A stretch of 64,000 bases of DNA from an uncultured Actinomycetota bacterium (GCA_963796185.1 CAWCKQ010000011.1:26765-90764); one strand, 5' to 3'. Counted from the stretch's first letter, positions 1 through 12,642 are shown. Numbers and translations are program-made. The notes: generated by a model from the letters alone, not told the origin.

Positions 1-545
1 ACGCGGTGAACTTCACCGACGGGCTCGACGGGCTGGCCGCCGGCGCGATGGCGATGGTCTGCGCGGCCTACGTGCTGATCACGTTCTGGCAGTTCCGCAA
101 CGCGTGCGCCACCAGCCCGGGGCTGGGCTGCTACAACGTCCGCGATCCCCTCGACCTGGCGATCATCGCGGCCGCGACGGCCGGCGCCTGCATCGGCTTC
201 CTGTGGTGGAACGCCGCGCCGGCGAAGATCTTCATGGGCGACACCGGTTCGCTGGCGTTGGGCGGCATCATCGCCGGGCTGTCGGTGACCAGCCGCACCG
301 AGATGCTCGCGGTCGTGCTGGGCGCGCTGTTCGTCGCGGAGGTCACCTCGGTGGTCGTGCAGATCATGGCGTTCCGCACCACCGGCCGCCGGGTCTTCCG
401 GATGGCGCCGTTCCATCACCACTTCGAGCTGGTGGGCTGGGCCGAGACCACGGTGATCATCCGATTCTGGCTGCTGACCGCCATCGCCTGCGGGCTGGGC
501 GTGGCGCTGTTCTACAGCGAGTGGCTGACCACCGTCGGTGCCTGA
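1..545 (+). CDS. mraY: phospho-N-acetylmuramoyl-pentapeptide transferase (5' partial)
   Basis: [23 protein letters not shown] and [10 protein letters not shown] motifs; lies upstream of murD. Confidence 0.97.
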   Translation, partial: AVNFTDGLDGLAAGAMAMVCAAYVLITFWQFRNACATSPGLGCYNVRDPLDLAIIAAATAGACIGFLWWNAAPAKIFMGDTGSLALGGIIAGLSVTSRTEMLAVVLGALFVAEVTSVVVQIMAFRTTGRRVFRMAPFHHHFELVGWAETTVIIRFWLLTAIACGLGVALFYSEWLTTVGA

Positions 546-546
546 C

Positions 547-2016
547 GTGACCGAGCCCATCAGGGCGGGCGCGGCGGTGCTGGTCACCGGCGCCGGCATC
601 ACCGGCAGGGCGCGTGCTGGCCGCACTGGCACCGCTCGGTGTGCGGGCCACGCTGACCGACGACAGCCCTGCGGCGCTGGCCGCTCTCGCGCAGCAGGGT
701 GTCGCGGTGCTCGATCCGGCCGCCGCCATCGCGGCAGATCGCCGACTTCGAGCTCGTCGTGACCAGCCCCGGCTTCCCGCCCACCGCGCCGGTGCTCGCG
801 GCCGCCGCCGCCGCCGGCGTGCCGGTGTGGGGGGACGTCGAGCTGGCGTGGCGGCTGGACCGGTCCGGCCGGTTCGGGCCGCCGCGCCGCTGGCTCGTGG
901 TGACCGGCACGAACGGCAAGACCACGACGACGTCGATGCTGTACGCGATGTTGCGGGCCGCGGGCCGGCGCGCCGCGCTGTGCGGCAACATCGGCGACCC
1001 GGTGCTGCAGCAGCTCGACCAGCCGGTCGAGGTGCTGGCCGTCGAGCTGTCCAGCTTTCAGCTGCACTGGGCGCCGTCGCTGCGGCCGGACGCCGGGCGC
1101 GGTGCTCAACGTCGCCGAGGACCACCTGGACTGGCACGGCTCCATGGACGGCCTACGCGCAGGCCAAGGCCCGGGCGCTGACCGGCCGGGTGGCCGTCGG
1201 CGGTCTCGACGACCCGGTGGCCGCGCGGCTGCTGGCCGAGGCGACGTGCGCCGACGCGGGTCGGCTTCCGGTTGGGCGAACCCGCCGCGGGCGAGCTCGG
1301 GGTGCGCGCCGGCGCGGCTGGTCGACAACGCGTTCGGCCGCGGGCTGGTGCTGGCCCCGGCGGACCAGATCCCGGTGGCGGGCCCCGTCGGTGTGCTCGA
1401 CGCGCTGGCCGCCGCGGCGCTGGCCCGCGCGGTGGACGTGCCGGCCGAGGCGATCGCGCAGGCCCTGGCCACCTTCGAGGTCGGCAGGCACCGCGCCGAG
1501 GTGGTCGCGGTCGCCGACGGCGTCACCTACGTCGACGACTCGAAGGCGACCAACCCGCACGCCGCGGCCGCGTCGATCACCGCCTATCCCCGGGTGGTCT
1601 GGGTGGCCGGCGGTCTGCTCAAGGGCGCCTCGGTCGACGAACTGGTCGCTTCGGTGGCGGATCGCCTGGTCGGCGCCGTGTTGATCGGCCGGGACCGGGC
1701 GATCGTGGGCGAGGCGTTATCACGACACGCACCGGATGTCCCCGTCGTCGAGGTGGTGACGAGGGAGGATTCTGGGGTGGTTGAGGAAGCTGAGACAGGC
1801 GTGACTGGTGTGACTCGGTCGGCGCGAGTCGTCGCCGGCAGCGGCGCGACGTCGGCCGACGCCGTCATGGCGGCCGTGGTCGACGCTGCGCGGGGGATGG
1901 CCGGCCCCGGCGACACCGTGCTGCTGGCCCCGGCCGGCGCTTCCTTCGACCAGTTCACCGGTTACGGCCACCGCGGCGACACGTTCGCCGCCGCCGTGCG
2001 GTCAGCGATCCGATAG
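547..2016 (+). CDS. murD: UDP-MurNAc-L-Ala:D-Glu ligase (frameshifted in assembly)
   Basis: [28 protein letters not shown] and [12 protein letters not shown] spread over several frames. Confidence 0.95.
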
Positions 2017-2025
2017 CGGGACGCC

Positions 2026-3543
2026 GTGAGCAACATCGTCGCCCGGCTGCGACACCGCCGCGCGAACCCGGCCGCCGAGGGCGCCACCGCAACGCCAGAC
2101 CGGCCCGCCCCGGCAACAGCGACCGCCGCGCCCGGCGAGCGCAACCGGTTCGGGGTGTGGCTCGACCGCCCGATGACGTCGTTTCACCTGATCATCGCCG
2201 TCACCGCGCTGCTGATCACGATGGGCCTGACCATGGTGCTCTCGGCGTCGGGGGTCTATTCCTACGACCAGGACGGGTCGCCGTGGGCGGTCTTCGGCAA
2301 GCAGGTGCTCTGGACGGCGATCGGGCTGTTCGCGTTCTACGTCGCGATGCGGACCCCGGTGCAGGTGATGCGCAGGTTCGCGTTCAGCGGCTTCGTCGTT
2401 CACCGTCGTGTTGCTGATCCTGGTGCTGGTCCCCGGAATCGGCAAGGTGGCCAACGGTTCCCGCGGCTGGTTCGTGGTGGCCGGCTTCTCGATGCAGCCC
2501 TCGGAGCTCGCCAAGATCGCGCTGGCGATCTGGGGTGCGCACCTGTTGGCCGCCCGCCGCATGGAGCAGGCCTCGCTGCGCGAGATGCTCGTGCCGCTGG
2601 TGCCCGCGGCGGTGATCGCGCTGGCGCTGATCGTCTCCCAGCCCGACCTCGGGCAGACCCTGTCGATGGGCGTGATCCTGCTCGGCCTGCTCTGGTACGC
2701 CGGCCTGCCGCTGCGGGTGTTCCTGAGCTCGATGGCCGCCGTGCTGGTCTCCGGTGCGGTGCTGGCCCTGTCGGAGGGCTACCGATCGGCCCGCGTGCAG
2801 TCCTGGCTGAATCCCGGCGCCGACGCGCAGGGGTCCGGGTATCAGGCCCGACAGGCGCGGTTCGCGCTGGCCAACGGCGGCGTGTTCGGCGACGGGCTGG
2901 GCCAGGGCACCGCGAAATGGAACTACCTGCCCAACGCGCACAACGACTTCATCTTCGCGATCATCGGTGAGGAACTCGGTTTCATCGGTGCCGCCGGGCT
3001 GCTGTGTCTGTTCGGCTTGTTCGCCTACACCGGCATGCGGATCGCGCGCCGCTCGGCCGATCCGTTCCTGCGGCTGCTCACCGCGACCGCGACACTGTGG
3101 ATCCTGTCCCAGGTGTTCATCAACGTCGGCTACGTCGTCGGACTGCTGCCGGTCACCGGGCTGCAGCTGCCGCTGATCTCGGCGGGTGGCACGTCGACCG
3201 CGACGACATTGCTGATGATCGGCATCATGGCCAACGCGGCACGGCACGAACCGCGAGGCCGTGGCCGCGCTGCGGGCGGGCCGCGACGACCGGGTGAACC
3301 GGTTGCTGCGGCTGCCGCTGCCGGCGCCGTACGTGCCGACGCGCACCGAGGCGCTGCGCGACCGGCTGCGGACCAAGGCGCAGAAGCCGCAGCAGAGCGC
3401 GCGCGTCGCCAAGGCCGCGCCCCGCACAAGGCCGCGAGCCGGCCGACCGTCCGGTGCGGTCCGGGGCGTCGGTCGGCTATGGTGCGGGCCAGCGCAAGCA
3501 GGGCCGGCGGGCCCGCACAAGGGAAGGTCAGCGTCACGGGTGA
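2026..3543 (+). CDS. ftsW: SEDS peptidoglycan polymerase FtsW (frameshifted)
   Basis: [36 protein letters not shown]; C-terminal EGQRHG* overlaps the murG GTG. Confidence 0.95.
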
Positions 3544-4733
3544 CGGGGATTGCTATCCCGGCGGGGCAGGAGCGCTGGGCCCACGCGCGAAGCACGGGGA
3601 CGGACGGGGGATCTCTGTGGTTCTCGCCGGCGGTGGCACGGCAGGCCACGTCGAACCCGCGATGGCGGTCGCCGACGCGCTGCGGGCGCTGGACCCCGAC
3701 GTCCGGATCACCGCGCTGGGCACCGCGCGCGGGCTGGAGACCCGGCTGGTTCCCGAGCGCGGCTACCACCTGGAACTGATCACGCCGGTGCCGCTGCCGC
3801 GCAAGCCGTCGGCCGACCTGTTGCGGCTGCCGGTGCGGGTGCGCCGAGCGGTCCGGCAGACCCGCGCGGTCCTCGACGACGTGCGGGCCGACGTCGTCAT
3901 CGGGTTCGGCGGCTACGTCGCGGTGCCCGCCTACCTGGCCGCGCGCAGCGTCCGGGCGTCCCGGCGCGTCCCCGTGGTCGTGCACGAGGCCAACGCCAGC
4001 GCGGGATGGGCCAACCGGGTCGGTGCGCGCTCGGCGCGCGCGGGTGCTCTCGGCGGTGCCCGACCCGGGTCTGGGTCGGGTCGAGGTGGTCGGCGTGCCG
4101 GTGCGCGAGGCCATCACCTCGCTGGACCGGCTGGCGCTGCGCGCCGAGGCGCGCGCGTATCTTCGGCTTCGCCGACGACGCCAGGGTGCTGCTGGTGTTC
4201 GGTGGCTCCCAGGGTGCCCAGTCGCTCAACCGCGCCGTCGCAGGCGCAGCCGAACAGCTTGCCCGCCAAGGTGTTTCGGTGCTGCACGCGCACGGCCCGA
4301 AGAACACCCTGGAGTTGCGCAGCCCGGCCGCCGGTGACCCGCCGTATGTCGCGGTGCCGTATCTGGACCGGATGGACCTGGCGTATGCGGCGGCCGACCT
4401 CGCGATCTGCCGGTCCGGCGCGATGACCGTGGCCGAGGTCAGTGCGGTCGGCCTGCCCGCGGTGTACGTGCCGCTGCCCATCGGCAACGGCGAGCAGCGA
4501 CTCAACGCCCTGCCCGTGGTCGAGGCGGGCGGCGGGATGATCGTCGAGGACCGCGAGCTGACCCCCGAAGTTCGTGGCCGGCACCGTGGCGGCGCTGCTC
4601 AACGACGACGACCGGCTGGCGGCGATGACCGCCGGCAGCGGCCCTGGCCGGGCATCCCGACGCTGCGCAGCGGGTCGCCGCGGTCGCGCTCGAGGTGGCC
4701 GAGCTCGCGCGGGACGGACGGGGACGCCGGTGA
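3540..4733 (+). CDS. murG: undecaprenyl-PP-MurNAc-pentapeptide GlcNAc transferase (frameshifted)
   Basis: [46 protein letters not shown]. Confidence 0.95.
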
Positions 4734-6191
4734 CCGCGATCGAACTGCCGCCGGAACTGGCTCGGGTGCACATGGTCGGGCATCGGGGGTGCGGGCATGT
4801 CGGGCATCGCGCGCATCCTGCTCGACCGCGGCGGCCTGGTGTCGGGATCGGATGCCAAGGAGTCGCGGGGAGTGGTGGCGCTGCGGGCCCGTGGCGCAGT
4901 GGTCCGGATCGGCCACGACCCGGCGGCGCTGGACATGCTGCCCGGCGGCCCGACCGCGGTGGTGACTACCCACGCGGCCATCCCGAAGACGAATCCCGAA
5001 CTGGTGGAGGCGCGCAGGCGCGGCATCCCGGTGATGCTGCGGCCCGAGGTGCTGGCGAAGCTGATGGCCGGGCACACCACGCTGATGGTCACCGGTACCG
5101 CCGGCAAGACGACGACGACCTCGATGCTCATCGTGGCGTTGCAGCACAGCGGTTTGGATCCGTCCTTCGCCGTGGGCGGCGATCTCGGCGAACCCGGCAC
5201 CAATGCCCATCACGGCAGTGGGGCCTACTTCGTCGCCGAGGCCGACGAGAGCGACGGATCGCTGGTGCAGTACCGCCCCGATGTCGTCGTGGTGACCAAC
5301 ATCGAAGCCGACCATCTCGACTTCTTCGGCAGCGAGCAGGCCTACGTCGCCGCGTTCGACGCGTTCATGGAGCGTCTGCAGCCGGGCGGCGTGGTGGTGG
5401 TGTGCGTCGACGATCCGGGGGCGGCCGCGTTCGCCGATCGCACCGCCGCGCTCGGCATCCGGGTGCTGCGGTACGGCAGTGCCGATCGCCCGGATCTGGC
5501 TGCGGCACTGCTGGACTGGGAGCAGCGGGGTACCAGTGCGGTGGCCACGGTGCCGCTCGCGGGGGAGGACGCGCCGCGCACCATGCGCCTGGGGGTGCCT
5601 GGGCGCCACATGGCACTCAACGCACTGGCCGCGCTGCTGGCGGCCGTCGCGGTCGGCGCGGCGCCGGATGACGTGTTCGAGGCGCTGGCCGGATTCGAGG
5701 GCGTGCGCCGCCGTTTCGAGTTGGTGGGCACGGCGGCCGGTGTCCGGGTGTTCGACGACTACGCGCATCACCCGACCAAGGTCACGGCCGCACTGACGAC
5801 GGTGGCGGCGCTCGCCAGGGAGTCCGGCGGCCGGGCGGTCGTCGTGTTCCAGCCGCATCTGTATTCCCGCACAGCCGCTTTCGCCTCCGAGTTCGCGGCG
5901 GCGCTGGACATCGCCGACGTGGTCTTCGTGCTCGACGTGTACGCCGCCCGCGAGCAGCCGTTGGCCGGCGTCAGCGGGGCCACGATCGCCGAGCAGGTGA
6001 CCGTGCCGGTGACCTATCTGCCGGACTTCTCGGCGGTGGCGCCGCAGGTGGCGGCCGCGGTGCGCCCCGGCGACGTCGTGGTGACGATGGGAGCCGGGGA
6101 TGTCACCCTGCTCGGCAACGAGATCCTGGCAGAGTTGCGCGCCGGGGCCGATCAGGTCAGTCCGTATTCCAGCGGAGTGGCGCCACGATGA
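4730..6191 (+). CDS. murC: UDP-MurNAc:L-Ala ligase
   Basis: [11 protein letters not shown] (frameshift near the start), [33 protein letters not shown]. Confidence 0.96.
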
Positions 6192-7091
6192 CCGAGCCCG
6201 AAGACGGCGGATCCGCCCCGGTCGACGACCGCGGCGAGGCGGAGCCCATCGCGGGCGCCGATGACGACGCCGACTTCGAAGGTCCGCGCCGCCGGGCCCG
6301 CAGGGAGCGTGAGGAGCGACGCGCGGCGCAGGCGCGTGCGATGGCCATCGAGGAGGCCCGCCGCGAGGCCAAGCGGCGCGCGCTGGGCCGACCCGCGCCG
6401 GAGAAGCAGACGCTGGGGCGGGGCACCGTCCGGGGCCTGAAGGTGCTGATGTGGACCGCGCTGATCGCGGTCGTGGTGGTCGGTATCGGGCTGCTGCTGT
6501 ATTTCACGCCCGTCATGGCGGCGCGCAGCATCGTCGTCGTCGGGCTCGGTGCGGTCACCCAGGACGAGGTGGTCGCGGTCGCGGGGGTGCCCGAGGGCAA
6601 ACCCCTGCTGCAGGTCGACACCGACGCGGTGGCCGAGAAGGTGGCGGGGATCCGTCGGGTCGCCAGCGTCCGGGTGCAGCGGGAGTATCCGTCGACGCTG
6701 CGGATCACCGTGGTCGAGCGGGTGCCGGTGGTGGTCCGCGACTATCCCGACGGAGTGCACCAGTTCGACAAGGACGGCGTCGACTTCGCGACGGGGCCGC
6801 CGCCGCCGGGGATTCCGTACCTCGACACCGAGCACCCGGGTCCCGGCGATCCGGCGACCCGGGCCGCGCTGCAGGTGATGACCTCGCTGCGGCCGGACGT
6901 GGCCGCGCAGGTGGGCCGCGTGTCGGCGCCCTCGGTGGCCGCGATCACGCTGACCCTGATCGACGGGCGCACCGTGGTGTGGGGGACCACCGACCGCACC
7001 GAGGAGAAGGCGCTCAAGCTGGGCGCCCTGCTGACCCAGCCCGGGCAAGACCTACGACGTCTCCAGCCCGGATCTGCCGACCGTCAAGTGA
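6188..7091 (+). CDS. ftsQ: cell division protein FtsQ/DivIB
   Basis: Charged cytoplasmic N-terminus, one TM segment, POTRA-like [14 protein letters not shown]; between murC and ftsZ. Confidence 0.92.
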
Positions 7092-7188
7092 CGTAGCGCA
7101 CGCGGCGAATTTTTTCTTCGTGTCGCGTCGGCGCGCCTGCGCGGCTGATGCGCGGGGTGACCCTACCGTTCTGGTTGCGCGGATCAAC

Positions 7189-7226
7189 TTGACATAACTC
7201 TAAGCCTCTGGTTGAGGTTGAGGGTT
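7189..7226 (+). promoter_or_regulatory. ftsZ promoter region with TTGACA and an FtsR/Rv1828-like binding motif
   Basis: TTGACA at 7189-7194, then AACTCTAAGCCTCTGGTTGAGGTTGAGGGTT, which resembles the MerR-family FtsR site recalled for corynebacterial ftsZ. Confidence 0.55.
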
Positions 7227-7281
7227 TGCCCCAGGGGGAACTCCGCGTTTCACAGGCAACCAGGCAGGAAAGGGCGATGCG

Positions 7282-8459
7282 ATGACCCCCCCGCATAACT
7301 ACCTCGCAGTGATCAAGGTGGTCGGCATCGGTGGCGGCGGCGTCAACGCCGTCAACCGGATGATCGAACAGGGCCTCAAGGGCGTCGAGTTCATCGCGAT
7401 CAACACCGACGCACAGGCGCTGTTGATGAGCGATGCCGACGTCAAACTCGACGTCGGGCGGGACTCGACGCGCGGGCTGGGCGCCGGCGCGGACCCCGAG
7501 GTGGGCCGCAAGGCCGCCGAGGACGCCAAGGACGACATCGAGGAACTGCTGCGCGGCGCCGACATGGTGTTCGTCACCGCCGGTGAGGGCGGCGGCACCG
7601 GCACCGGCGGAGCGCCCGTCGTGGCCATCGATCGCGCGCAAACTCGGCGCGCTGACCGTCGGCGTGGTGACGCGGCCCTTCTCGTTCGAGGGCAAGCGCC
7701 GCAGCAATCAGGCCGAGAACGGCATCACAGTCGCTGCGCGAGAGCTGCGACACGCTGATCGTGATCCCCAACGACCGGCTGCTGCAGATGGGCGATGCCG
7801 CCGTGTCGTTGATGGACGCTTTCCGCAGCGCCGACGAGGTGCTGCTCAACGGCGTGCAGGGCATCACCGACCTGATCACCACCCCGGGTCTGATCAACGT
7901 CGACTTCGCCGACGTCAAGGGCGTGATGAGCCGGCGCGGTACCGCGCTGATGGGTATCGGATCGGCCCGCGGTGACGGTCGCGCGCTCAAGGCAGCCGAG
8001 ATCGCGATCAACTCCCCGCTGCTGGAAGCCTCGATGGAGGGCGCCCAGGGCGTGCTGCTGTCGGTCGCCGGCGGCAGCGACCTCGGACTGTTCGAGATCA
8101 ACGAGGCCGCCTCGCTGGTACAGGACGCCGCGCACCCCGAAGCCAACATCATCTTCGGCACCGTGATCGACGACTCGCTCGGCGACGAGGTCCGGGTAAC
8201 CGTGATCGCCGCCGGGTTCGATGCGGCCGGTCCGGGCCGCAAGCCGGTGACCGGGGAGACCACTGCAGCGGCGGCTGCGACCAGCCAGCCGATCGCGCCG
8301 GGCAAGGCCGGCCGGGTGAGCTCCTCGCTGTTCGAGCCGACGGATCCGGCGAGCGTGCCGGCCGGGCACACCAACGGCGCGACCGTGCGCATCGGCGGTG
8401 GCGACGACGGCGGGATCTCCGACGACGACGTCGACGTGCCGCCGTTCATGCGGCACTGA
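7282..8459 (+). CDS. ftsZ: cell division GTPase FtsZ (frameshifted)
   Basis: [35 protein letters not shown] tubulin signature, C-terminal [10 protein letters not shown]. Confidence 0.99.
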
Positions 8460-8478
8460 CGCCACGTACGGTCGCACC

Positions 8479-9193
8479 ATGTTCCGTGTGCGCCGCGTGA
8501 CCACCACCCGCGCCGGTGGTGTGTCCGCAGCACCGTTCGCGACCTTCAACCTGGGCGACCACGTCGGCGACGACCCCGCGGCAGTGGCCGCCAACCGGCA
8601 CCGGCTGGCCACCGCGACGGGGCTCGGTGACGACGGCATCGTCTGGATGAACCAGGTGCACAGCGCCCACGTCGAGGTCGTCGACCGCGGCGGCCGAGAC
8701 CCTCGACGGCACCGACGGGGTGGTGACCACGGCGCCCGCGGCTCGGGCTCGCGGTGGTGACCGCGGACTGCGTGCCGGTCCTGATGGCCGACGCCCGTGC
8801 CGGTGTGGTCGCCGCGGTACACGCCGGCCGGGTGGGCGCCGCCGGTGGGGTCGTGGTTCGCGCCCTGCAGACCATGGTGGACGCCGGCGCGCGATCCGGA
8901 GACGTCTCGGTCCTGCTCGGGCCCGGCCGTCAGCGGGCGCAACTACGAGGTGCCCGCCGACATGGCCGACGAGGTCGAGCCAGGCGCTGCCCGGCAGCCG
9001 GACCACCACCCGCCGCGGCACGCCGGGCCTGGATCTGCGGGCCGGAATCGCCGCGCAGCTGCTGGCCCTCGGTGTGACGGTGGTCGACATGGATCCGCGC
9101 TGCACGGTGGACGATCCGAGCCTGTTCAGCCACCGGCGCGATGCGCCGACCGGCCGGATGGCGTCGCTCATCTGGCTGGAGCCGGCGCCGTGA
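8479..9193 (+). CDS. pgeF: peptidoglycan editing factor PgeF/YfiH (purine nucleoside phosphorylase-like; frameshifted)
   Basis: FNLGDHVGD, WMNQVH, TADCVPVL, AVHAGR, LFSHRR. Confidence 0.9.
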
Positions 9194-9956
9194 CAGCGGC
9201 GGGCCGCGAAGACCGCTCGGCGCGCGAGCTGGAGCTGGGCGAGGCGCTGGCCGCGCTGCGCGCCCGCCTCGCTCGCGCCGCCGAGGCCGCGGGACGCGAC
9301 GTCGCCGACATCGAACTGCTGCCGGTCACCAAGTTCTTTCCGGCAGCCGACGTCGTGGCCCTGCACCGACTGGGCTGCGGGCGTTCGGCGAATCCCGCGA
9401 CCAGGAGGCGACCCGCAAGATCGCCGAGCTGCGCGAGGTCGACGGACTGCGCCGCCATCCGTTGGCACATGGTCGGGCGCATCCAGCGCAACAAGGCGCG
9501 CTCGATCGGCGAATGGGCTTATGCCGCACACTCGGTCGACAGCCTCAAAGTGGTCACCGCACTCGACCGGGCGGCCGCCGAAGCGCTGGACCGCGGGGCC
9601 CGCGCGGCGACCCCTGCGGGTGTATCCTCCAGGTGAGCCTCGACGGCGACGAGAGCAGGGGCGGCGTCGACGTGTCGGCCACCGGCCGCGTCGACGAGCT
9701 GTGCGCCGCCATGCACAGCGCGGCCGGCCTCGACTTCGTCGGGCTGATGGCCATTCCGCCGCTGGGCGCCGACCCGGCAGCGGCGTTCGCCCGTTTGCAG
9801 CAGGAGCACCAGCGGGTACAGCAGCACTATCAGCAGCGACTCGGGCTGTCTGCCGGGATGTCCGGCGACCTCGAGGCGGCGGTGCGACACGGATCCACCT
9901 GTGTGCGTGTCGGTACCGCGCTAATGGGATCGCGACCGCTAACGTCACCCAAGTAG
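9190..9956 (+). CDS. yggS: YggS family PLP homeostasis protein (frameshifted; end may extend to 9997)
   Basis: LLPVTKF, WHMVGRIQRNKA, GLMAIPP, SAGMSGDLE, VRVGTAL. Confidence 0.92.
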
Positions 9957-10072
9957 TCACACCAGTCACACCTTCATCACAGACACCAGAGTCCTAGCGG
10001 CTCACCGAATCCGGCCACAGGTCACCCTGACGACCGACACGAACTTTCATCACCGCACGAGGGGTCCTCACA

Positions 10073-10726
10073 ATGAGCACACTGCACAAGGTCAAGGCCT
10101 ACTTCGGTATGGCGCCGATGGACGACTACGAGGACGACTACTACGAGGACGACGAGCGCGTTCCGGCGCGCGGCTACCGTCGTCCCCGCGAGGACCGGTT
10201 CGACGACGACGGGGCTATGTGCGCGGGTATGACGGCCTGCCCGACGATCGCCGCCGCGACTACGACGAGCCGCCCGTTGCCGGGTAGCGGCGGCGGCTTC
10301 GACGATGCCCGGTTCGAGCCCCGGCTCCGTACTCCGCGCGAATTCGACCGCACCCCACCACGTTTCGCTTCGATGCGGGGTTCGACGCGGGGAGCGCTGG
10401 CGATGGATCCGCGTGGCATGGCCGAGCTCTTCGAGGCGGGCAGCCCGCTGGCCAAGATCACCACGCTGCGGCCGAAGGACTACAGCGAGGCCCGCACCAT
10501 CGGGGAGCGCTTCCGCGACGGCACGCCGGTGATCATGGACCTGGTGTCGATGGACAACGCCGACGCCAAGCGGCTGGTCGATTTCGCGGCCGGCCTGGCG
10601 TTCGCGCTGCGCGGTTCCTTCGACAAGGTGGCGACCAAGGTGTTCCTGCTCTCGCCGGCCGACGTCGACGTCACCGCCGAACAGCGCCGCCGCATCGCCG
10701 AGGCCGGCTTCTACGCCTACCAGTAG
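10073..10726 (+). CDS. sepF: cell division protein SepF
   Basis: [14 protein letters not shown]-terminus; [13 protein letters not shown]...KVFLLSP. Confidence 0.95.
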   Translation: MSTLHKVKAYFGMAPMDDYEDDYYEDDERVPARGYRRPREDRFDDDGAMCAGMTACPTIAAATTTSRPLPGSGGGFDDARFEPRLRTPREFDRTPPRFASMRGSTRGALAMDPRGMAELFEAGSPLAKITTLRPKDYSEARTIGERFRDGTPVIMDLVSMDNADAKRLVDFAAGLAFALRGSFDKVATKVFLLSPADVDVTAEQRRRIAEAGFYAYQ

Positions 10727-10742
10727 CGGCCTACCAGTAGCG
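10715..10742 (+). repeat. 14-bp tandem duplication containing the sepF stop codon
   Basis: GCCTACCAGTAGCG at 10715-10728 and again at 10729-10742. Confidence 0.85.
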
Positions 10743-10843
10743 CCGCCGGAGTCGCAGGTCCGAGGCGCAGGTAGGCTGGCGGCGCCGGCCGACATCGCGG
10801 TCGGCATCTCCGTCGACATCGCCTGGAGTGAGGTCAGCTTCCG

Positions 10844-11134
10844 TTGGGGCTGTTCTTCGAGATCCTGGGTTTCGCGCTGTTCGTCTTCTGGCTGCTGCTG
10901 ATCGCCCGGGTCGTGGTCGAGTTCATCCGCTCGTTCAGCCGGGACTGGCATCCCAGGGGAGCGACCGTGGTGCTGCTGGAGGTGATCATGACGCTGACCG
11001 ATCCGCCGGTGCGGCTGCTGCGCCGCATCATCCCGCAACTCACGATCGGGGCGGTCCGGTTCGATCTGTCGATCATGGTGCTGTTGCTGGTCGCGTTCAT
11101 CGGTATGCAGCTGGCCTTCGGCGCCGCGGCCTGA
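10844..11134 (+). CDS. YggT family membrane protein
   Basis: TDPPVRLLRRIIP...FDLS motif; between sepF and wag31. Confidence 0.9.
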   Translation: MGLFFEILGFALFVFWLLLIARVVVEFIRSFSRDWHPRGATVVLLEVIMTLTDPPVRLLRRIIPQLTIGAVRFDLSIMVLLLVAFIGMQLAFGAAA

Positions 11135-11361
11135 AGAAGACCTCTGAGCTGGCTTATCGACGCGCTGGCGGCCGGTGTGCAAGCATCGGTGTGCGGGTCG
11201 CGGCTCGGTGCGCGACGCCGGGGATTGTTGAGTTTCGATCTTAATTATCGCCCTCGCCTGCAACCGCAGGGTCTGGTGTGACAGGATGGACGCCAGTTAC
11301 GTTCCAGTAAGCCTTTACACTTTGAGATCGGTTGACGGTCCAGACTTCAAGGGGGCAGACA

Positions 11362-12186
11362 ATGCCGCTCACTCCTGCCGACGTGCATAACGTTGCATTC
11401 AGCAAGCCACCCATCGGCAAGCGCGGCTACAACGAGGACGAGGTCGACGCGTTCCTCGATCTCGTCGAGAACGAGCTGTCCCGGCTCATCGAGGAGAACA
11501 CCGACCTCCGTCAGCGGGTCGGCCGAACTGGATCAGGAACTCGGCTCGGCCCGCTCCGGCGGAGGCGGGGCCCAGCCGACGCAGACCCTGCCAGTGTACG
11601 AGCCGGAGCCCGAGCCCGAGCCCACGCCGGCACCGCAGCCCGCCTACGAGGCGCCCCCGGCGCAGCCGGCGCAGTCGGCGGCAGCACCGAGGAGCAGCAC
11701 GTCCGTGCCGCCAAGGTGCTCGGCCTGGCGCAGGAGACCGCCGACCGGCTGACCAGCAGTGCCAAGGCCGAGTCGGAGAAGATGCTGGCCGATGCGCGTG
11801 CCCAGGCCGACGCGATGGTCACCGAGGCCCGGCAGACCGCCGAGACCACGGTCACCGAAGCTCGCCAGCGCGCCGATGCCATGCTCGCCGACGCGCAGAG
11901 CCGGTCGGAGGCTCAGCTGCGGCAGGCCCAGGAGAAGGCCGACGCGCTGCAGGCCGACGCCGAGCGCAAGCATTCCGAGATCATGGGCACCATCAATCAG
12001 CAGCGCACCGTGCTCGAAGGCCGCCTCGAACAACTGCGGACCTTCGAGCGGGAGTACCGCACCCGGTTGAAGACCTATCTCGAGTCTCAGCTCGAGGAAC
12101 TGGGGCAGCGCGGTTCGGCCGCACCCGTGGATTCCGGCGCCAACAACGACGGCGGGTTCAACCAGTTCAACCGGGGCAACAACTAG
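11362..12186 (+). CDS. wag31: DivIVA family polar growth protein Wag31 (compensating frameshifts)
   Basis: [33 protein letters not shown]; coiled coil; C-terminal FNQFNRGNN. Confidence 0.97.
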   Translation: MPLTPADVHNVAFSKPPIGKRGYNEDEVDAFLDLVENELSRLIEENTDLRQRVGRTGSGTRLGPLRRRRGPADADPASVRAGARARAHAGTAARLRGAPGAAGAVGGSTEEQHVRAAKVLGLAQETADRLTSSAKAESEKMLADARAQADAMVTEARQTAETTVTEARQRADAMLADAQSRSEAQLRQAQEKADALQADAERKHSEIMGTINQQRTVLEGRLEQLRTFEREYRTRLKTYLESQLEELGQRGSAAPVDSGANNDGGFNQFNRGNN

Positions 12187-12225
12187 TCACGTGACCCGCC
12201 GACCGATCTCCTGCAGGGGAGTCTC

Positions 12226-12616
12226 ATGCTGATCGTCGCGCTCGTGCTGGCCGTGATCGGGCTGGCAGCACTCGTGCTGGCCGTTGTCACCAGCAACGCG
12301 ATGATCGCCTGGGTCTGCATCGCGGCCAGCGTCATCGGGGTCGTGCTGCTGATCGTGGATGCGCTGCGGGACCGTAACAGACGCGGCGCGGACGAGGCCG
12401 CCGAGCGCGCGGACGAGGCCGGCGACGAGAGTGACGCCGACTATGTCGAGGACTATCCGGACGAGGCGCCCATCGCGGCCGATCAGGACGACGACGTCCA
12501 CGCTGATCGGACGGACACCGTCGGATCGCGACACCGCCGAGCCGGAGACCGTTGAACCGGACACTGTTGAACCGGACACCGCCGAGCATTCCGACGGGGA
12601 GCACACCAAGGGCTGA
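12226..12616 (+). CDS. small two-TM membrane protein with acidic tail (Rv2144c-like; frameshifted)
   Basis: MLIVALVLAVIGLAALV...; position after wag31; EPDTV-like tail repeats. Confidence 0.8.
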
Positions 12617-12642
12617 AGCCATTGCCGCGCAACGTGTTTCGC

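Noticed and set aside
2408-4426. 672-aa FtsW-MurG fusion ORF
   Set aside because: Created by frameshifts; the FtsW end EGQRHG* and the GTGA overlap are visible at 3540-3543
547-12186. Pseudogenisation or programmed frameshifting of dcw genes
   Set aside because: The genes are essential, their motifs are intact, and the shifts fall at scattered sites with no shared slippery sequence; assembly error explains them
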